DNA of 25,834 bases from positions 1-25,834 of the forward strand of contig JBEDNN010000017.1 in assembly GCA_041170585.1 (NCBI GenBank), read 5' to 3'. Positions 1-10,300 of this stretch are shown in pieces. Source of the stretch: Pseudomonadota bacterium (GTDB lineage Bacteria > Pseudomonadota > Gammaproteobacteria > Burkholderiales > Burkholderiaceae_C). Both the position numbers and the translations under genes were made by a program. The notes under the pieces are model-generated. The model worked only from the letters and a program-made list of their open reading frames with translations. It had not been told where the DNA came from and ran no database searches. Position 1 is the stretch's first letter. Every line of letters starts with the position of its first letter.

Positions 1-2
1 AT

Positions 3-140
3 TATGTTATTTATGGCGGCATTGCTGCTTTAAGTGTACCGAAAGATGTCAGTAAAGCCGCAAAAGCACAAGGTTTATTTGTACTTAAACGCAAAGGCGA
101 ACAACTCAATATTCAAACAGATGGTATGAAAGGTTTTTAG
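3..140 (+). CDS. 3' end of an unidentified CDS (5' end outside the window); 45 codons ending at TAG 138-140
   Basis: Open frame from the window edge, translating ...YVIYGGIAALSVPKDVSKAAKAQGLFVLKRKGEQLNIQTDGMKGF*. Composition is host-like (about 42% GC), unlike the AT-rich spacer 141-330 that follows. No motif recognised. Confidence 0.3.
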   Translation, partial: YVIYGGIAALSVPKDVSKAAKAQGLFVLKRKGEQLNIQTDGMKGF

Positions 141-330
141 GAAGGTATTTTTAATGACTTTGAAATAGGACTATTTATAAATAATAATTACAATTAACAC
201 ACCCATAAAAAGCTGTTAAAAAGAAACTTTAAAATACTGTTTTGTGAGGGATTTAGAGCGTAAAATTACCCAGTGTGGTTTTATTAGTTACTATTTTACT
301 GAACTATACAAACAGATAGGATAAATAAAA

Positions 331-1509
331 ATGCTTAAAATAAACAAAATAAAAATGACTGGAATAGGACCAATAAAAAATTTGGAACTATCCTTTGACA
401 ATCATTTCAATATAATCTGCGGACAAAATGGAATTGGCAAAACAACAATTTTAGATTGCCTGGCACAATCATTTGGAACAAGTAATACTTCTGTTAAAAG
501 GACAGCAGGATTAGAAAAAGGGAATTGGGACATTAATGTGACAATTAACAATGTTAGCCAATCCAAATCTTTTAATATACTCCTTTTTCACCCTAACGAA
601 AACACTTATCAATCACAAGGGTTTTACCAAAACTCAAATGACATTATTGTTTTTAAAACCCACAGAGATATTCCATATCAACATTTAGGCTCACTTAAAA
701 CTGACCCACAAAAAAACTTTTATCAGTTTGCTGAAGAAACAATGAAAGGCTCTTTGCCAAGTGATTTGAAAAATTGGTTTGTAAATAGACATTTGTGGTC
801 AGTACACCAAAATCATTTAGACGAACACCAAATTAAAAATATCACTCTTGCAAAGGAGTGTTTTAATATTCTTAATCCAAATATTTCGTTTAGCAAAGTA
901 AATCCTAGCTCCAATGATATTTTACTAAATACTCCAAATGGAGAAATTTATTTTGAGTATTTATCATCAGGTTACAAGTCTTGTATGGCGGTTTTAATTG
1001 GCTTGATTAAAGAAGTTGAGTTCAGATTTAAAGAACCAAGTAAGTTTATTAAAGACTTTGATGGTATCGTATTTATAGATGAGCTTGATTTGCATTTACA
1101 CCCTGAATGGCAAGCAAAAATATATGAAGCATTAAAAATAATTTTGCCAAATGCACAAGTATTTACATCAACACATAGCCCTCATATTATTCAAGTTGCA
1201 AATGCGAGAGAAATTATTCCACTAATACTTGACGAAACAAATGAGGTTAAATTAAATCAAATCATAAATCAGGAATATGGTTGCCAAGGTTGGACAGTAG
1301 AAGAAATTTTATCCGATGTTATGGGAATGACTGAAACAAGAACTTCTACATATTTAGATGCAATTTCAAATTTCAATATTGCTATTGACAGTGAAGATTT
1401 TAAAGCTGCAAATGCACAATTTTTAATTCTTGATGCTATGTTGCATCCAGAAAACTCGTTGAAAAAAATATTAAAAATACAATTAACTGGAATTTCAGCA
1501 AATGATTAA
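331..1509 (+). CDS. AAA_15/AAA_21-type (ABC/SMC-like) ATPase, Septu PtuA-like
   Basis: Walker A GQNGIGKTTILD near the N-terminus. ABC-signature-like LSSGYKS. Walker B/D-loop IVFIDELDLHLHP. H-loop TSTHSP. True ATG start. Stop overlaps the start of the downstream HNH gene by 8 nt. Very AT-rich compared with flanking genes. Confidence 0.6.
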   Translation: MLKINKIKMTGIGPIKNLELSFDNHFNIICGQNGIGKTTILDCLAQSFGTSNTSVKRTAGLEKGNWDINVTINNVSQSKSFNILLFHPNENTYQSQGFYQNSNDIIVFKTHRDIPYQHLGSLKTDPQKNFYQFAEETMKGSLPSDLKNWFVNRHLWSVHQNHLDEHQIKNITLAKECFNILNPNISFSKVNPSSNDILLNTPNGEIYFEYLSSGYKSCMAVLIGLIKEVEFRFKEPSKFIKDFDGIVFIDELDLHLHPEWQAKIYEALKIILPNAQVFTSTHSPHIIQVANAREIIPLILDETNEVKLNQIINQEYGCQGWTVEEILSDVMGMTETRTSTYLDAISNFNIAIDSEDFKAANAQFLILDAMLHPENSLKKILKIQLTGISAND

Positions 1510-2254
1510 GTTAGATAGAACGCCAAAACCTGTCGAACTCACAACTACATTGCAAGTTGAGTTGACAGATGAATTTAAATTAACAGGCAAATCAGTTTGG
1601 AACATTGATTTTATCAAAAAAGGGTTATTAGGTTTTTCTAATGACAAATGTTGCTATTGTGAAGCGAACATAAATGAAGAAAGTAAATATTTGGAAGTAG
1701 AACATTTTCATCATAAAGACAAATATAAAGACGAAGTTTTAGAATGGGATAATTTACTGCCTTCGTGTAAAAAATGTAATGGAACAAAAAATAACCACGA
1801 CACCAAATTAGAACCAATAATTGACCCAAGCCAAATTGATCCCAAAGTCCATCTCAAATATTGGCGATATAGAATAAAAGGGACTGACGACTTTGGTAAA
1901 TTAACAGTTTCAGTACTAAACTTAAATGACCAAGACAGACTGGTTAAAAAGAGATTTGAAATCGGTAATGCTATCCACGTCAAATTGGAACAATTAAACG
2001 AATTGATAGACGATTACATTAATGGAGTTCAGACAAGCACACAGAGAAAAAATAGAATTGTAAATGGAACAAAAGACCTTATGAGAGAAGGACTTCCGAC
2101 AGCTATTTATTCAGCAACATCTGCAGCTGTAATTTTGACAGATACTGAATTTAAAGCACTAAAAAGTAAATTGGCTTCTTTAGGATTTTGGGATGCAGAG
2201 CTATCTCAGCTTGAAATTGACTTAATTAAAACGGCATTACAACTTGAAAACTAG
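1502..2254 (+). CDS. HNH endonuclease, Septu PtuB-like (TIGR02646-type)
   Basis: HNH motif CCYCE...LEVEHFHHKDKY...WDNLLPSCKKCNGTKNN (Cys pairs plus the catalytic His). Translationally coupled to the upstream ATPase. Matches the ATPase-plus-HNH-nuclease gene pair that defines Septu. AT-rich. Confidence 0.6.
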   Translation: MIKLDRTPKPVELTTTLQVELTDEFKLTGKSVWNIDFIKKGLLGFSNDKCCYCEANINEESKYLEVEHFHHKDKYKDEVLEWDNLLPSCKKCNGTKNNHDTKLEPIIDPSQIDPKVHLKYWRYRIKGTDDFGKLTVSVLNLNDQDRLVKKRFEIGNAIHVKLEQLNELIDDYINGVQTSTQRKNRIVNGTKDLMREGLPTAIYSATSAAVILTDTEFKALKSKLASLGFWDAELSQLEIDLIKTALQLEN

Positions 2255-2411
2255 AAAAGTTATTCATAAAAGTTGTTTTACAAAAAAGTAGAGCGTACTT
2301 TTATAAAAGGTGAAGTTTTATTAACAATCCAGAAAACCACAGCCAATAATCAATTTGTTTTTACTGATTACTGGCTATTTAGTAATACGATTAATATTAA
2401 TTTGAACTCAA

Positions 2412-3635
2412 TTAAGTACGGTATTCAGCATTTATTTTGACATAATCGTAACTATAATCGCATGTCCAAACGGTTGTATGTGCTGTGCCACGTCCCAATT
2501 GAACCGTAACCGATATTTCAGATTTTGCCATAATAGCTGCACCTTGTGTTTCTGTGTAATCAATAAAACGTTGCCCGTCTTTAACCACACACACATCATC
2601 TAAAAAAATACTGCAATTGTTTGTATTTAAATCAGGAATAGCATTGCCAACCGCCATAATTAAACGCCCTAAATTTGGGTCGCTAGCAAAAAAAGCGGTT
2701 TTAACCAAAGGTGAATGGGCAATAAACTTACCGCAACGGTGTGCTTCTTCATCATTTTTAGCGTGTTCTATATTAATCGTTATTAATTTAGTCGCACCTT
2801 CACCATCACGTGCAATGGCTTGTGCTAAAGGTTGAGCCACACTCAATAAAGCTGCATACAAGGCTTTATATTCGGGCGTATTGAGCGTAATTTCAGGGCT
2901 GTTGCTTTGCCCTGTAGCAATTAACACAAAACTATCGTTGGTTGAGGTATCGCCATCTATAGTCACCCGATTAAATGAAGCATCGGCAACACTTTTAACT
3001 AAAGTTTGTAAAGCTAGCGGTTCAACTGTTGCATCGCAGGCTAAATAAGCCAGCATAGTTGCCATATTAGGCTGTAACATGCCCACACCTTTAGCAATGC
3101 CTGTAATGGTAATGGTATGTTTGTTTAATTGAAAACGCGTACTATTGGCTTTGTGAATAGTGTCAGTCGTCATAATAGCTTGTGCCGCTTCGCACCAAGT
3201 GGTATCTGACAAACTATTTACGGCATCAGGTAGAGCATTAACGATTTTATCAACGGGTAAATGTTCTAAAATAACGCCAGTACTAAAGGGTAGTATGTTT
3301 TCAGCATCGCAATTAAGCAAAGCTGCCACAGCAGCACATACTTTTTTAGCGGCTTGTAATCCTTGTTCGCCAGTGCCACAATTGGCATTGCCTGCATTGA
3401 TGATTAAAGCCTTAATCGCTTTTCCAGCACTTAAATGTTCACGGCATATTTGTACGGGTGCTGCAGCAAAAGCATTTTGTGTAAACACGCCAGCGACGCG
3501 GCTATTGGGGGCTAATTGCATCAGCATAACATCATTACGTTGCCATTTTTTTATGTGTGCTTTAGCGAAACCCAGTTTCACTCCAGCTACTGCATAAATA
3601 TGTTTTGGGTTGGGGGCATTTAAATTAACGGGCAT
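2412..3635 (-). CDS. argJ: bifunctional ornithine acetyltransferase / N-acetylglutamate synthase ArgJ
   Basis: 407 aa with the ArgJ self-cleavage region PNMATMLAYLACDA (ATML threonine) and typical ArgJ N- and C-terminal blocks. ATG start confirmed on the reverse strand. Confidence 0.88.
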   Translation of the reverse strand: MPVNLNAPNPKHIYAVAGVKLGFAKAHIKKWQRNDVMLMQLAPNSRVAGVFTQNAFAAAPVQICREHLSAGKAIKALIINAGNANCGTGEQGLQAAKKVCAAVAALLNCDAENILPFSTGVILEHLPVDKIVNALPDAVNSLSDTTWCEAAQAIMTTDTIHKANSTRFQLNKHTITITGIAKGVGMLQPNMATMLAYLACDATVEPLALQTLVKSVADASFNRVTIDGDTSTNDSFVLIATGQSNSPEITLNTPEYKALYAALLSVAQPLAQAIARDGEGATKLITINIEHAKNDEEAHRCGKFIAHSPLVKTAFFASDPNLGRLIMAVGNAIPDLNTNNCSIFLDDVCVVKDGQRFIDYTETQGAAIMAKSEISVTVQLGRGTAHTTVWTCDYSYDYVKINAEYRT

Positions 3636-3711
3636 AATAAAGTAGTAAAGTAAAGGGTAGAGTAGAGGGTTTTTTGGTTGTTAAAAATATAAAATAATAA
3701 AATAATAAAAT

Positions 3712-5490
3712 TTACAAAGCCTGTAAAGTAGCTAAACGTTGATATAAACCCGGTTGAACGATGAGTTCACTGTGTGAACCCATTTGAATAATTTGTCCAG
3801 ATTCAAAAACATAAATGATATCGCAATGCTGGACTGTTGCTAAACGATGGGCAATAATTAATACAGTTTTATTGTGCATTGCAATATTTAAGGCTGTTTG
3901 TACCGCTGATTCATTATTAGCATCTAAGGCAGCAGTGGCTTCATCTAACAATAAAATCGGTGCATTGCGTAAAATCGCTCGGGCAATCGCCAAACGTTGT
4001 TTTTGCCCACCAGAAAGCCTTACACCGCGTTCACCCAATTCAGTGTCATAACCGTCAGGCATACTTTGAATAAACTCATGTAATTGTGCAGCGGTAGCAG
4101 CAGCAATGACTTGTTTTAAATCAGCTTCCATTGCACCGTAGCGAATGTTATTGGCAAAAGTATCTGAAAAAATAGTGGGTTCTTGAGGCACAATGCTGAT
4201 TAAATTACGTAAATCAGATAATGATAAACAGTTAATGGGTATACCCGCTATGCTTATATTACCTGACAATGGCTCATAAAACCGTTGTAATAAAGCAAAT
4301 ATAGTAGTTTTTCCCGCACCGCTAGGCCCGACTAAAGCAACACGTTGCCCAGCTTTAATATCAAAATTTAATTGTTTTAAAATATTAATATCGGGACGGG
4401 CAGGGTAGTTAAACATAATGTTTTTAAACTGAATGTTAATGGCAGTATTAATGGGGATTGTTTTTGGAGTTACTGGGTCATTAATGCTGGGCATTACCGC
4501 AAGTAACTCAAATAAACGTTCTGATGCCCCTGATGCACGTTGTATATCGCCCCATACTTCAGCCATAATACCCACACCTGAACCCACCATCATCGCATAA
4601 ATAAAAAATTGTGTAAGCTCTCCAACAGTGGTTTCACCCGCCATTACGCTGTTAGCACCTAGCCATAAGCCTAATAATAAAGCGGCTGAAAAAGCCAACA
4701 TAATAAATACCATCATCACGGCACGTAAACGGGTTCGGCGCATCGCTGTACTAAAAGCCTCCTCTACTCTTAAGGTAAATCGGTGGCTTTCATAGCCTTG
4801 TTGGTTGTGTGATTGAACCGTACTAATCGCGTTGAGTGCTTCACCTGCCAAGCTGGAAATATCAGCTACGCGGTCTTGACTGGCACGAGATAACTTACGA
4901 ACACGGCGAGAAAATAAACTAATAATAGCCATAACCACTATGATAATTAGCAATACCAAGGCTGTCGTCATAGGGTAAGTATAAAATAACATACCAATAC
5001 TGCCAACAACCAATAAACTATTACGAATGCCCATAGATAAACTTGAGCCGACTAAAGTTTGAATCACAGTGGTATCGGTCGTTAAGCGGGATAAGACTTC
5101 ACCTGTTTTTAAGGTTTCAAAATAATGCGGTGGTTGATGAAGTAAACGCGCATAGACTGCATTGCGAATATCACTGACAACGCGTTCGCCTAACCAGCCA
5201 ACAACCATAAAACGCGCACCTGCTGCTAAAGCCATTAATCCTACTGCCGCACCTAGTTTGAGTAAGGTCGTTATTAAGTAAACACTGTTTTTTTCAGCAA
5301 TTGCTTTGGTAAAACCTTGGTCAATAACTTGTCGCAAAATTAAAGGGGTCGCCAGTGTTGCTAGGGCTGCAATGATTAAAAATATACTGGCCCACACTAC
5401 GCGTATACGATAAGGTTTTAAAAAAGGTAGCAAGGCACGTAAACTAGAAGATTTTAGATTTTTTTTATCGTTCATTGAAAATGAATTCAT
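3712..5490 (-). CDS. ABC transporter, fused permease/ATP-binding exporter (MsbA-like)
   Basis: N-terminal six-helix transmembrane domain. C-terminal ABC domain with Walker A GPSGAGKTT, signature LSGGQKQRLAIARAIL and Walker B ILLLDEATAALD. Start moved from the ORF-track 5529 to the ATG at 5490 (MNSFSMNDKK...), because the 13 upstream codons MYLLYLLYLKKLN are encoded by an intergenic 9-bp tandem repeat. Confidence 0.82.
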   Translation of the reverse strand: MNSFSMNDKKNLKSSSLRALLPFLKPYRIRVVWASIFLIIAALATLATPLILRQVIDQGFTKAIAEKNSVYLITTLLKLGAAVGLMALAAGARFMVVGWLGERVVSDIRNAVYARLLHQPPHYFETLKTGEVLSRLTTDTTVIQTLVGSSLSMGIRNSLLVVGSIGMLFYTYPMTTALVLLIIIVVMAIISLFSRRVRKLSRASQDRVADISSLAGEALNAISTVQSHNQQGYESHRFTLRVEEAFSTAMRRTRLRAVMMVFIMLAFSAALLLGLWLGANSVMAGETTVGELTQFFIYAMMVGSGVGIMAEVWGDIQRASGASERLFELLAVMPSINDPVTPKTIPINTAINIQFKNIMFNYPARPDINILKQLNFDIKAGQRVALVGPSGAGKTTIFALLQRFYEPLSGNISIAGIPINCLSLSDLRNLISIVPQEPTIFSDTFANNIRYGAMEADLKQVIAAATAAQLHEFIQSMPDGYDTELGERGVRLSGGQKQRLAIARAILRNAPILLLDEATAALDANNESAVQTALNIAMHNKTVLIIAHRLATVQHCDIIYVFESGQIIQMGSHSELIVQPGLYQRLATLQAL

Positions 5491-5697
5491 ATTAAGTTTC
5501 TTTAAATACAATAAATACAATAAATACAAAATATATGTTTTATATTTACGAAGTACATATTAAAGCATAACTATTCTATTAATCCAACAGTTTACAATTG
5601 CGTAATGTCGTAATGACAACATAATGATAATTTAATAATTTGATAATTTGATAATTAAGTTTGTTCAAACCCATTTAAATATTTACAAGGAGTTTTT

Positions 5698-7806
5698 ATG
5701 ACCGCACAATATACGACTCAAGGTATGGTAGCCCTAATTACTTTAGACAATCCACCCGTTAATAGTTTGGGATTGAATACTCGGCAAGCGATTTGCACGC
5801 ATATTGTCGCTGCTAATCAAGATGAAACCATTAAAGCTATTGTGATTACGGGGTCAGGTAAAGCTTTTTGCGGTGGAGCTGATATTACCGAGTTTGGTAC
5901 GCCAAAAGCTTTACAAGAGCCTAATTTATTAAGTGTCATTAGCGTTATAGAAAATTCTAATAAACCTGTGATAGCCGCAATTAATGCAACGGCAATGGGC
6001 GGTGGCTTAGAGTTAGCACTAGGTTGCCATTATCGTTTAGTACAAGCAGGGGTTAAAGTAGCTTTGCCCGAAGTTAAACTCGGTTTAATTCCTGGGGCGG
6101 GTGGTACACAGCGGCTACCCCGTGCAATTGGTATTGAAAATGCTTTAAATATGATAGTAAGTGGCGAACCGGTTGCGGTTGAGTTATTGGCTGCTATTCC
6201 AAATCAAGTCTTATTTAATAAAGTGCTTGAAGAGGACGAAGAGTTACTAGTATTTGCAAATCATTTTGCCACAATGATACATGCTGCACGACCTTTGCCT
6301 AAATTAAGTCTTTTAAATGTTCAGCACGACAATGCCGATGGGTATTTTCAATTTGCACGCAATACTGTTCGTACCACGGCAAAACAGTATCCTGGTCCCC
6401 TAAAGTGCGTTGATGCAGTTGAGTCAAGTTTGAAAAAAAGTTTTGCTTTAGGTATGGCTCATGAACAAGAGTTGTTTGTCGCTTTAATGATGACGCCAGA
6501 AAGTCGGGCGCTTCGCCATGCTTTTTTCGCAGAACGGGGCTGTAGCAAAATCATAGATGTACCTGACTCAACACCAAAGCGAACCATTAAAACCGTTGGA
6601 ATAGTCGGTGCCGGTATGATGGGGGGCGGTATTGCGATGAATTTTTTGAATGTGGGTATACCTGTTATTTTGTTAGAAACGAATCAAACTGCTTTAGACC
6701 GTGGTTTAAATATGTTACGCGGTAATTATGCAGCTCAAGTCGCTAAAGGTAAATTAAAACAAACTGTATTTGATGAGCGTATGGCTTTATTAACCAGTAC
6801 TTTGGATTACAGCTCATTTAAAACAGTTGATTTAGTGATTGAAGCCGTATTTGAAGAGATGAGTGTTAAAGAAAGTGTCTTTAAGCAATTAGATGCTGTC
6901 TGTAAATCAGGGGTTATTTTAGCGTCTAATACCAGCACTTTGGATTTAAATACAATCGCTCACTGTACTAAGCGTCCACAAGATGTGGTTGGTTTACACT
7001 TTTTTAGCCCCGCGAACGTCATGAAATTGTTAGAAGTTGTCCGTGGAACGGCTACCAGCCATGAAGTGTTGGCAACGGTGATGGCATTAGCAAAAACCAT
7101 TAAGAAAACAGCGGTTGTTAGTGGTGTGTGTGATGGTTTTATTGGTAACCGTATGATTGACCCGTATGCCCGTCAAGCGGGTTATTTGTTAGATGAAGGC
7201 TGCACACCACAACAGGTTGATAAAGCCATTGAAAATTTTGGTTTCATGATGGGTCCATTTCGTATGTGGGATATGGCAGGCAATGACATTGCTTGGGCGA
7301 TTCGTAAACGCCGTGCGATTGAACAACCGCATATTCGTTACAGTAAAACAGCTGATTTATTGTGTGAAATGGGACGAATGGGACAAAAAACCAATGCAGG
7401 CTGGTACGATTATCAAGTCGGTAAACGAGAGGCTATTCCAAATATCAGTGTAGAAGAGATGATTATCAAACACCGTGAAAGCCTAGGTATCACACCACGT
7501 AAAATTAGTGATGAAGAAATTGTGCAGCGTTTAATATTTGCTTTAGTCAATGAAGGGGCTTATATTTTAGAAGAAGGCATTGTCAGCAAAGCCAGTGATA
7601 TTGATATGGTGTATTTAACAGGCTATGGTTTTCCTGTCTTTCGTGGTGGGCCTATGAAATATGCTGATGAATTGGGTTTATTTAATGTGGTGCAGGCAAT
7701 GAAACAGTTTGCTAATTATTTACCAGATGCGGCTGATTGTTGGCAGCCAGCACCTTTATTATTACAGTTAGCGACAGAGGGTAAAACTTTTAGCCCGTTG
7801 CGTTAA
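5698..7806 (+). CDS. fadB: fatty-acid oxidation complex alpha subunit (enoyl-CoA hydratase / 3-hydroxyacyl-CoA dehydrogenase)
   Basis: 702 aa. N-terminal crotonase fold (GSGKAFCGGADITEF). Central NAD-binding GIVGAGMMGGGIA of 3-hydroxyacyl-CoA dehydrogenase. Followed directly by a thiolase gene, the fadBA order. Strong RBS AGGAG before the ATG. Confidence 0.85.
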   Translation: MTAQYTTQGMVALITLDNPPVNSLGLNTRQAICTHIVAANQDETIKAIVITGSGKAFCGGADITEFGTPKALQEPNLLSVISVIENSNKPVIAAINATAMGGGLELALGCHYRLVQAGVKVALPEVKLGLIPGAGGTQRLPRAIGIENALNMIVSGEPVAVELLAAIPNQVLFNKVLEEDEELLVFANHFATMIHAARPLPKLSLLNVQHDNADGYFQFARNTVRTTAKQYPGPLKCVDAVESSLKKSFALGMAHEQELFVALMMTPESRALRHAFFAERGCSKIIDVPDSTPKRTIKTVGIVGAGMMGGGIAMNFLNVGIPVILLETNQTALDRGLNMLRGNYAAQVAKGKLKQTVFDERMALLTSTLDYSSFKTVDLVIEAVFEEMSVKESVFKQLDAVCKSGVILASNTSTLDLNTIAHCTKRPQDVVGLHFFSPANVMKLLEVVRGTATSHEVLATVMALAKTIKKTAVVSGVCDGFIGNRMIDPYARQAGYLLDEGCTPQQVDKAIENFGFMMGPFRMWDMAGNDIAWAIRKRRAIEQPHIRYSKTADLLCEMGRMGQKTNAGWYDYQVGKREAIPNISVEEMIIKHRESLGITPRKISDEEIVQRLIFALVNEGAYILEEGIVSKASDIDMVYLTGYGFPVFRGGPMKYADELGLFNVVQAMKQFANYLPDAADCWQPAPLLLQLATEGKTFSPLR

Positions 7807-7886
7807 AAAATAAAAATTTAAAAAATTTAAAAAATTTAAAAAATTTAAAAATATATAGATATATATAGATATATATAGATATATAA
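7807..7886. repeat. compound A/T-rich microsatellite in the fadB-fadA spacer: (aaaaatttaa)x4 then (atatatagat)x3
   Basis: Perfect tandem copies visible directly in the sequence. Ends 25 nt before the fadA RBS. Confidence 0.9.
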
Positions 7887-7911
7887 AAATATTAAAAACT
7901 AGGAGATTATT

Positions 7912-9087
7912 ATGGTTGATGCCGTTATTGTGTCCACAGCACGTACCCCACTGGCTAAAAGCTGGAAAGGTTCTTTTAATATGACTCACGGAGCAACGCT
8001 AGCGGGTCATGCCATTGAACACGCCGTCAAACGTGCGGGTATTGAAGGTGCGGAAGTTGATGATGTATTGCTGGGTTGTGCTAATCCCGAAGGTGCAACA
8101 GGTTGGAATATTGCCCGTCAAGCTGCATTGCGTGCAGGTTTACCCGTATCAGTATCAGGTGTAACGGTTAATCGTTTTTGTTCCAGTGGTTTACAAACCA
8201 TTGCAATAGCCAGTCAGAGAATTATTGCAGGTGAAGGTGATATTTACGTGGCAGGCGGTGTAGAAAGTATTTCATGCGTCCAGCAAGAGTTAAATATGCA
8301 TATGTTTAAAGAAAATTGGTTAAGTAAACATAAGCCTGAAATTTATTGGCCAATGCTTAATACGGCTGAAAACCTTGCTAAACGGTATCAGATTAACCGT
8401 CTTGAGTGCGATGAATATGGCGTATTAAGCCAGCAAAAAGCCTGTGCTGCCCGTGATGCAGGTTTGTTCGATGCAGAAATAGTCCCTATTACAGTTACCG
8501 CAGGTGTAGCCGATTTAAAATTAGGGATACGTAGCCAAGTAGTGACTGTTAGCTGTGATGAAGGATTTCGTGACGGTACTACTTTAGAAGCCTTAAGTGC
8601 AATTCGTTCAGCTATTCCTAATGGTGTGGTCGCTGCAGGTAATAGTAGTCAATTTAGCGATGGGGCGGGTGCATGCGTAGTGATGAATGCCCGTTTAGCT
8701 GAACAAAAAGGACTGTCTCCGTTGGGTATATTTCGTGGATTTGCCGTAGCGGGTTGTGAGCCTGATGAAATGGGTATTGGTCCTGTCGTAGCTGTCCCTA
8801 AACTATTAACCCGTTTGGGTTTAACCATTCAGGACATTGATTTATGGGAAATAAATGAAGCCTTTGCGGTACAAGTATTGTATTGTGCAAAAAAATTGGG
8901 TATTCCAATGGATAAGCTAAATGTCAATGGAGGAGCAATTGCTTTAGGACACCCGTATGGCGTGAGTGGACAACGCTTAACAGGACACGCTTTAATTGAA
9001 GGCAAACGCCGTGGGGCAAAATTAGTCTGCGTGACGATGTGCGTAGGCGGTGGTATGGGCGCAGCAGCCGTATTTGAGGTGGCATAA
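7912..9087 (+). CDS. fadA: 3-ketoacyl-CoA thiolase (acetyl-CoA C-acyltransferase)
   Basis: Thiolase active-site motifs NRFCSSGLQ (Cys), [12 protein letters not shown] and C-terminal [17 protein letters not shown]. Stop TAA overlaps the purK ATG (ATAATG). Confidence 0.9.
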   Translation: MVDAVIVSTARTPLAKSWKGSFNMTHGATLAGHAIEHAVKRAGIEGAEVDDVLLGCANPEGATGWNIARQAALRAGLPVSVSGVTVNRFCSSGLQTIAIASQRIIAGEGDIYVAGGVESISCVQQELNMHMFKENWLSKHKPEIYWPMLNTAENLAKRYQINRLECDEYGVLSQQKACAARDAGLFDAEIVPITVTAGVADLKLGIRSQVVTVSCDEGFRDGTTLEALSAIRSAIPNGVVAAGNSSQFSDGAGACVVMNARLAEQKGLSPLGIFRGFAVAGCEPDEMGIGPVVAVPKLLTRLGLTIQDIDLWEINEAFAVQVLYCAKKLGIPMDKLNVNGGAIALGHPYGVSGQRLTGHALIEGKRRGAKLVCVTMCVGGGMGAAAVFEVA

Positions 9088-10256
9088 TGACGGATATTCA
9101 ACGAACAATAGGTATTTTAGGCGGTGGTCAGTTAGGGCGAATGTTTTGCCATGCAGCACAACAATTAGGCTTTAAAACTACCGTCTTAGATGCGGATAAT
9201 ACCAGCCCAGCAGGTTTGATTGCACACCAACATATTCAAGCAGCTTATGATGATTTAACGGCTTTAAAACAGTTAGCACAATCCTGTGAGGCGATTACGA
9301 CTGAATTTGAAAATGTACCTGCGGATTCTTTAGCCTACTTAGCCGCTATGACGGCGGTATACCCCAGCCATACAGCAGTGCGGGTGTGTCAAGACCGTAC
9401 GCTAGAAAAACAATGGTTTGCGGATTGCCAAATTGCGTGTGCACCCAATGTTACGCTAGCACAAGCACAAGATTGTTTAACGATTTCATCAGACTTGTTT
9501 CCCGCTATTTTAAAAACAGCACAAATGGGTTATGACGGCAAAGGACAATTAACAGTGAATACCCACGCTGATTTATTGGTTGCCTTTAAACAGTTAGGTT
9601 CAGTGCGTTGCGTATTAGAAAAAAAATTACCATTAGACTATGAAATATCGGTCATTGTTGCACGCAGTACTGATGGCGTAGTGGTTAATTTGCCAGTACA
9701 ACAAAATAATCATGTGGGCGGTGTTTTGGCTTTAACGCAAGTCCCTGCACCCAATCTTAGTACTGAACAAATTAAACAAGCAATTAATGCGGCAACAATG
9801 ATTGCACAACGTTTAGAATATGTGGGCGTATTGTGTGTAGAGTTTTTTATCTTGCAAGATGGTCGTTTGGTCGCTAATGAATTAGCACCTAGGCCGCATA
9901 ATAGCGGACATTACAGTATTGAAGCGTGCGATACTAATCAATTTCAATTACAAGTGCGCACAGTAGCGGGCTTACCTTTAATTCAACCCCGTCAAATTCA
10001 AGCGGCGGTGATGGTCAATCTTTTAGGTGATATTTGGTTTAATTCGCCTGATACTGATGGATTATGTGAGCCAGATTGGACAAGCATTTTAAATATGAGT
10101 GGGGTTCATTTACATTTATACGGTAAAACAACTCCAAAAATAGGGCGAAAAATGGGACATATTACGGTTACTGCTGATACTTTAGAAGATGCTCAAATAA
10201 AGGCAAAGCAGTGTTGTGAGTATTTAGGATTACAACATTACTTTGTTCAACAATAA
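9087..10256 (+). CDS. purK: N5-carboxyaminoimidazole ribonucleotide synthase (ATP-grasp)
   Basis: N-terminal GILGGGQLGRM and ATP-grasp blocks (ILKTAQMGYDGKGQ, EFF...NELAPRPHNSGH) typical of PurK. No purE adjacent. Confidence 0.82.
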   Translation: MTDIQRTIGILGGGQLGRMFCHAAQQLGFKTTVLDADNTSPAGLIAHQHIQAAYDDLTALKQLAQSCEAITTEFENVPADSLAYLAAMTAVYPSHTAVRVCQDRTLEKQWFADCQIACAPNVTLAQAQDCLTISSDLFPAILKTAQMGYDGKGQLTVNTHADLLVAFKQLGSVRCVLEKKLPLDYEISVIVARSTDGVVVNLPVQQNNHVGGVLALTQVPAPNLSTEQIKQAINAATMIAQRLEYVGVLCVEFFILQDGRLVANELAPRPHNSGHYSIEACDTNQFQLQVRTVAGLPLIQPRQIQAAVMVNLLGDIWFNSPDTDGLCEPDWTSILNMSGVHLHLYGKTTPKIGRKMGHITVTADTLEDAQIKAKQCCEYLGLQHYFVQQ

Positions 10257-10300
10257 CATTTAATTATATTACTCAATAATTATATTTAATAACGATACCA

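Noticed and set aside
2284-2302. Possible terminator hairpin aaaagtagagcgtactttt after the HNH gene
   Set aside because: The stem is only 6 bp and entirely A/T apart from the loop, so it is too weak to call.
2617-3597. Antisense ORFs inside argJ (2617-2835 and 3160-3597, plus strand)
   Set aside because: They are fully contained within a well-supported gene on the opposite strand. They have low-complexity Ala/Ser-rich translations and no recognisable motifs, so they are shadow ORFs.
5491-5529. ORF-track N-terminal extension MYLLYLLYLKKLN on the ABC exporter
   Set aside because: It is encoded by the tandem repeat tacaataaa in the spacer, so it is most likely non-coding. The downstream ATG at 5490 was used as the start.
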